DNA of 64,000 nt from an uncultured Gemmatimonadales bacterium (GTDB lineage: Bacteria; Gemmatimonadota; Gemmatimonadetes; Gemmatimonadales; Gemmatimonadaceae): NCBI GenBank assembly GCA_963701965.1, contig OY969695.1, positions 3,104,001 through 3,168,000 of the forward strand. Reading direction: 5' to 3'. This document shows, piece after piece, positions 59,877 to 64,000 of this stretch. Position 1 is the first letter of the stretch, and each line of letters begins with the position of its first letter. The notes under the pieces were generated by a model that saw nothing but the letters and a program-made list of their open reading frames with translations, made no database searches and was not told the DNA's origin. The position numbers and the translations under genes are program-made.

Positions 59877-60500
59877 GTGACGATTCACTGGGGCACGTTC
59901 TTCGCCGCGACCATGACCCTACTGCTCATACCAGGTCCATCCGTGATGTATGTCGTTACACGAGGTATCGAGCATGGATATCGGGGAGTACTCCTCTCGT
60001 CGCTGGGTCTCGCTTTCGGCGATCTGCTGCAGGTGCTGTGTACGGTCGCGGGACTGGCCGCGCTGCTCGCCTCTTCCGTCTGGCTCCTTGGCATTGTCAA
60101 GTACGCGGGAGCTGCCTATCTGTTTCTACTTGGCATACATCGATTCCGTGTGACGCACGGGGCTCTGGTGACACACGGCGTGATGACGACCGATCCAGTT
60201 CGGCAGACCAGCCGCTCGTTGCTCCTGCAGGGTTTCTTCGCATTGAATCCGAAGACCGCACTATTCTTCCTGGCGCTCTTCCCTCAATTTGTCGTCAGGA
60301 ACGCAGGACCGGTGTGGCTCCAGATTCTGGTCCTGGGTTGCGTGTTCATTGCTCTTGGATTCGTCACGAATTCCATGTACGGGTGCGTGGGTGGAAAGCT
60401 CAGATTCTTCGCCGAACACAGTCCGAGGTTCCCGGTGGCGACTCGCTACGTCAGTAGTGGGGTGTTGGTTTGCATGGGCATAGCCGCCGCCTTGGCTTAA
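59877..60500 (+). CDS. LysE/RhtB-family exporter
   Basis: LIPGPSVMYVV.RG, VKYAGAAYL..LG, LNPKTALFFLALFPQFV. Confidence 0.9.
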   Translation: MTIHWGTFFAATMTLLLIPGPSVMYVVTRGIEHGYRGVLLSSLGLAFGDLLQVLCTVAGLAALLASSVWLLGIVKYAGAAYLFLLGIHRFRVTHGALVTHGVMTTDPVRQTSRSLLLQGFFALNPKTALFFLALFPQFVVRNAGPVWLQILVLGCVFIALGFVTNSMYGCVGGKLRFFAEHSPRFPVATRYVSSGVLVCMGIAAALA

Positions 60501-60531
60501 CTCGGCTCTTCGCGCCTTCAGCTCGCTGGCG

Positions 60532-60670
60532 ACACCACCCAACTAAGGGCTCGCACTATTGCTCCGCGCTTACGGGGACGATCATGTTGTACACCACGTA
60601 CTGACGTTCCGTGGCCCGAATAGGAGCGTGCCCGGGCGCCGTGAGCATCAGCGAGCGTTCGACGGTCAAC
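60532..60670 (+). repeat. 139-bp direct repeat, copy 2
   Basis: Matches 57694-57832. Confidence 0.92.
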
Positions 60671-61308
60671 TCGTCGGCGATCACCGCGCCGTCGCGAATA
60701 ATCGTGTAGCCGGTCCACCGGGCCGCGCCCGGCGCGGCATCGAATGTCGTAGACACGCTGTCCTTGGTCAGCGTGACATGGCCGTTGTCATGTGCGAACG
60801 GCCCCTGACCCGTCCCGTCGCGCCGGAGCATCACCATCCCCGCGGCGGTGTCGACATGAATGACGTGCACCGTCTGCGATCCCGGCGGGCCCATCCCCCA
60901 GGGCTTCGGCAGCGCGACCGTCCACGTCGTGCCGTCGCACACGTCGTGAGGCGCGTCGCCCCACACGTAGGGGTTGTAGAGCACGCCGCTGGCGTCCGTG
61001 TACAACGCGCACTGTCCGTCCACGCACCGCGTGCGGCGGCCATCGCGCATGACAACCGAGGCGTGCAGGTCGCCTTGGCCATAGGAGTGGATTCGGGCAT
61101 TGAACGCGAGGCTGTCGGGTCTCGCGCTCGTCACGACGAACGACAACGTCCCCGCATCATGCGTCGCGATTTCGGCATATCCATCGGCTTTCACCGCGGT
61201 CGTGAACACCAGACCATTGGAGAGCGTATCGCCGACATGGAGACGGGGAACCAGGGCCGCATTGCCGGAGTGACACATCACCGCGACCAGCATCGTCATC
61301 AGGTTCAT
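60556..61308 (-). CDS. Hypothetical secreted beta-rich protein
   Basis: Long ORF with a hydrophobic N-terminus. Confidence 0.65.
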   Translation of the reverse strand: MNLMTMLVAVMCHSGNAALVPRLHVGDTLSNGLVFTTAVKADGYAEIATHDAGTLSFVVTSARPDSLAFNARIHSYGQGDLHASVVMRDGRRTRCVDGQCALYTDASGVLYNPYVWGDAPHDVCDGTTWTVALPKPWGMGPPGSQTVHVIHVDTAAGMVMLRRDGTGQGPFAHDNGHVTLTKDSVSTTFDAAPGAARWTGYTIIRDGAVIADELTVERSLMLTAPGHAPIRATERQYVVYNMIVPVSAEQ

Positions 61309-61401
61309 GTCACCCAAGGTACCGCGTCCTTCGTGAGGCATGCGAGCATCATGCGGCAGGACGTGCGTGCGGTGCGACGGACCGTGGTGGGCGCCCGTGC
61401 G

Positions 61402-62685
61402 CTACGGCGCCTTACTCGCATGCGATGCCACGATTTCCCATCGCCCATCCCGGCGCACGTAGACGCGAGTGAACCGGTACGTGCCACTCAGGCTCGTGCC
61501 CCGAAAGCTCGCGTCGCTCCACACGTCGATGCCACTGGCCACGGCGACGTCGCCGTAGAGGTGGGAGCGACAGCTCGGAATCCTCGCGCTGCCAAGCGTC
61601 AGACCACCATTGGCATAGAATGCCAACTCCTTGGCCCGGTAGCCGATGCCGCCGACGTAGTTCGTGTGCTGATACTCGTCGGCGTAGAGCGCGTCCAACC
61701 GTTGCCGGTCGTGCGCGACCTCGGCCCGCGCGAGATCCCCTTCCAGCTCACATACATCGACCAGCAGCGACTGGTGCTCGGCGCCCGCCGGCCACTGCCC
61801 CGACAGGAACGTATCGACAGCCGCGAAGACGGTCTGCGGTGCGTCGAGCCACGCCATATGGGCGGCGCCGCGCACCGTGAGCAGGCGGCCGTTCGGCAGA
61901 TGCGAGGCCCAGCCGACTCCCCCCCCGTACGGCGCGTTGCGATCCTGCGTGCCGTGGATCGTGAGCACCGGCACCGTCAACGTCGCGACCTGCTCCCAGG
62001 TCGGTGGCTGGCTCCCGAACAACGATGTGAAAAGCCATCGCTGGTGCGCATCGAGATGCACCGGCCATTCGTTCGGCATGTCGCAGAGATCCGGCACCTG
62101 GTCGGCCAGCCGCGGATCGCCGACCAGGCGGCCCCGCAGCACGCGATAGTCTTGCTCGCAAAACCCCCGTGCGTCGCGCTCGCGCGTGCCATCGGCGCGT
62201 CCTTGCTGCAGCGTGGCGTAGGCCGCCGAGTCCGTGACCGGCATCGAGTCGTGCGCCACGAGCGAGTCCGTGTACACGGTGCCGACATCTCGGCCGACGG
62301 GACCGACCAGCACGACGCGGTCGACGTGCTCGGGATGGGCGACGGCGTACCGCATGACCATGTTCCCGAGGTATGACCAGCCGAGGGGGATGAATCGATC
62401 GACCTTGAAATGCGCCCGGACGGTCTCGAGATCGGCGACGTCCCGGTCGATCGACACCCGTGTCGAGTCGTCGATCGGCGACGATCGGCCCCGGCCGCGC
62501 ATATCGTAAAACACGATCGTCCTGCCGTGCGCGAGCCGCGCGAAGTCCCGCTCCAGGAACAATCCCGCGGGCACGATGACGACCGGGCTTCCCGAGCCCT
62601 CGGTGTGATAATAGAGTCGCGCGCCGTCCGGCGTCGATATGTACCCGGTGCTCGCCAAGAGGGCGAGGAGTAGTGTGTTCACCAT
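61402..62685 (-). CDS. Alpha/beta hydrolase fused to a C-terminal SnoaL/DUF4440 (NTF2-like) domain
   Basis: YDMRGRGRS, GWSYLG, IHGTQD, AAHM; then LDALYADEY...YRFTRVYVRRDGRWEIVASHAS. Confidence 0.85.
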   Translation of the reverse strand: MVNTLLLALLASTGYISTPDGARLYYHTEGSGSPVVIVPAGLFLERDFARLAHGRTIVFYDMRGRGRSSPIDDSTRVSIDRDVADLETVRAHFKVDRFIPLGWSYLGNMVMRYAVAHPEHVDRVVLVGPVGRDVGTVYTDSLVAHDSMPVTDSAAYATLQQGRADGTRERDARGFCEQDYRVLRGRLVGDPRLADQVPDLCDMPNEWPVHLDAHQRWLFTSLFGSQPPTWEQVATLTVPVLTIHGTQDRNAPYGGGVGWASHLPNGRLLTVRGAAHMAWLDAPQTVFAAVDTFLSGQWPAGAEHQSLLVDVCELEGDLARAEVAHDRQRLDALYADEYQHTNYVGGIGYRAKELAFYANGGLTLGSARIPSCRSHLYGDVAVASGIDVWSDASFRGTSLSGTYRFTRVYVRRDGRWEIVASHASKAP

Positions 62686-62708
62686 ACCGACGATACATAT
62701 TGGAGGAC

Positions 62709-63785
62709 ATGGAGTACATCCAGGGTACGAGCGGCGAGCGGTCGATCCGCGCGGCGAGCGGTGTGTTGGCGCTGACCGCGCTCTGGTGCATTCCCGCGCT
62801 GGCCGGCACGATCAACAACGTGCTGTTCATGCGCGCCACCGGGATCCGGGGCACCGTGTGGGATGCGGCATCGGTCGAATTCCCCGGTTGGCTCATCTGG
62901 GTGCCCGCCACGCTGCTCATCCTGTGGCTTGGCGCGCGCTTTCCCATCGTGCCGGTGCGCCTCGCGAACGTCACTGTGCATCTCGGCACGGTGGCGGCGC
63001 TCTCGGTGCTGCGCGCGGTCGTCGTCGCGATCTCGTACCGTCTGGACACGGCACAGGTGCCCTTCCTAGCGACCGACCGCGATGTGGGGTTCGAGCTCAT
63101 CAAGTTTCTGCCGCTCACGCTCTTGATCTATGCCGCCGTGCTCGGCGTCAGCTACGCGCGGCAGTACCGGCAGCGGGCGGCCGCGCTCACGGAGCAGTTG
63201 AGCGCCGCACAGCTCACCGTGCTGCGCGCGCAGTTCCAGCCGCACGTCATGTTCAACAGCCTCAATGCCGCGGTCGCGCTCGTGCGCTCGCGCGATTGTG
63301 AGGCCGCCGAGCGCGTGTTGCTGCTCCTGAGCGATGTCTTACGGACGGTGGTGCGCGCCGATCCAGTCCAGGAGGTCACGCTCGCGCAGGAGCTGGCGTT
63401 CGTCGAGCAATGTCTGGAGATCGAGCGCATCCGATTCGGTCCCCGGCTCCGCGTGTCCGTCTCGGCCCCCGCGGATGTCCGCGACGCGCTCGTGCCGAAT
63501 TTGATTCTGCAGCCACTGGTGGAGAACGCGATTCAACACGGCGTCGCGGCGGCCGACCATCGATCACATGTGGAGATCGCCGCGCACGGCGAGGACAGCC
63601 GCCTCGTGATCGTGGTGCGGAACGATGGCTCGCTACTCGAATTGGGGCGGGAAGGCGTGGGGTTCCGCAGTACGCGGGCGCGTTTGGCGCAGCTCTACGG
63701 CGACCGGGCGTCGTTCGCGATGTCAACCGGCCGGGCCGGCGTCGAGGCCCGGCTCGATCTGCCGCTGCGGCTCAAGACGGTCTGA
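62709..63785 (+). CDS. LytS/YehU-type sensor histidine kinase
   Basis: LRAQFQPHVMFNSLN, VTLAQEL, LEIERIRFG.RL, LQPLVENAIQHG. Confidence 0.9.
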   Translation: MEYIQGTSGERSIRAASGVLALTALWCIPALAGTINNVLFMRATGIRGTVWDAASVEFPGWLIWVPATLLILWLGARFPIVPVRLANVTVHLGTVAALSVLRAVVVAISYRLDTAQVPFLATDRDVGFELIKFLPLTLLIYAAVLGVSYARQYRQRAAALTEQLSAAQLTVLRAQFQPHVMFNSLNAAVALVRSRDCEAAERVLLLLSDVLRTVVRADPVQEVTLAQELAFVEQCLEIERIRFGPRLRVSVSAPADVRDALVPNLILQPLVENAIQHGVAAADHRSHVEIAAHGEDSRLVIVVRNDGSLLELGREGVGFRSTRARLAQLYGDRASFAMSTGRAGVEARLDLPLRLKTV

Positions 63786-64000
63786 AGAGCCGCTCGAGCG
63801 CGGCCCACCGCCGGCGGCTGACCATGAGCCGCGTCCCGTCGGCCAGCAGCACCGCGAGGCGCCCCGTCGCACCGCGACGCAGCTCGGCGATCCGCTGCAC
63901 GTTCACGATCGCCGCCCGATGCACCCGCACGAACCGCGACGGATCGAGTCGCCGTGCGAGCGACGCCAGCGCTTCGCGCACGACGTATTCTTCGCCGCGC
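63772..64000 (-). CDS. LytTR response regulator, C-terminal part (runs off the window)
   Basis: LDPSRFVRVHRAAIVN...LADGTRLMVSRRR. Confidence 0.85.
   Translation of the reverse strand, partial: RGEEYVVREALASLARRLDPSRFVRVHRAAIVNVQRIAELRRGATGRLAVLLADGTRLMVSRRRWAALERLFRPS

Noticed and set aside
57694..60670. Diversity-generating retroelement TR/VR pair
   Set aside because: Mismatches are not confined to adenines on either strand, and there is no reverse transcriptase in the window

Overview
GC-rich bacterial accessory region with no rRNA, no intact tRNA and no CRISPR array. Several orphan duplicated MacB/FtsX (ADOP-type) permeases suggest Gemmatimonadota or Acidobacteriota (inference). Layout: (1) 0-6.5 kb is a stress/dormancy-like cluster (USP, two BON proteins, P1B-5 ATPase, GNAT, SulP) sharing a GT(C/A)AGG-N5-CCT(G/T)AC palindrome. 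(2) 7.9-20 kb is a toxin-antitoxin/defence hotspot around a tRNA-Asn 3' fragment (att site). It holds an AbiEi-like plus nucleotidyltransferase pair, three Fic proteins, an AbrB-Doc pair with a non-canonical Doc active site, and IS21/IS481, AbiEi, EVE-like and cysK remnants. (3) 20-64 kb is a mosaic of cargo genes: VOC, RidA, DHFR-like, cytochrome P460, DinB, PLP decarboxylase plus CGNR regulator, SoxCD, hydrolases, GlxA, VapBC, MocR-DoxX-LysE and LytS/LytTR. It also carries a full-length IS21 element with a 7-bp target duplication splitting an ABC-2 permease, and an ATPase-DUF234 gene. The most unusual signal is a pair of orphan, truncated Hcp (T6SS tube)-like genes, one fused in frame to half of a GlcG/HbpS domain, with no T6SS genes in the window. 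Many genes carry small frameshifts (assembly error or decay). All family calls come from motif recognition, not database searches.
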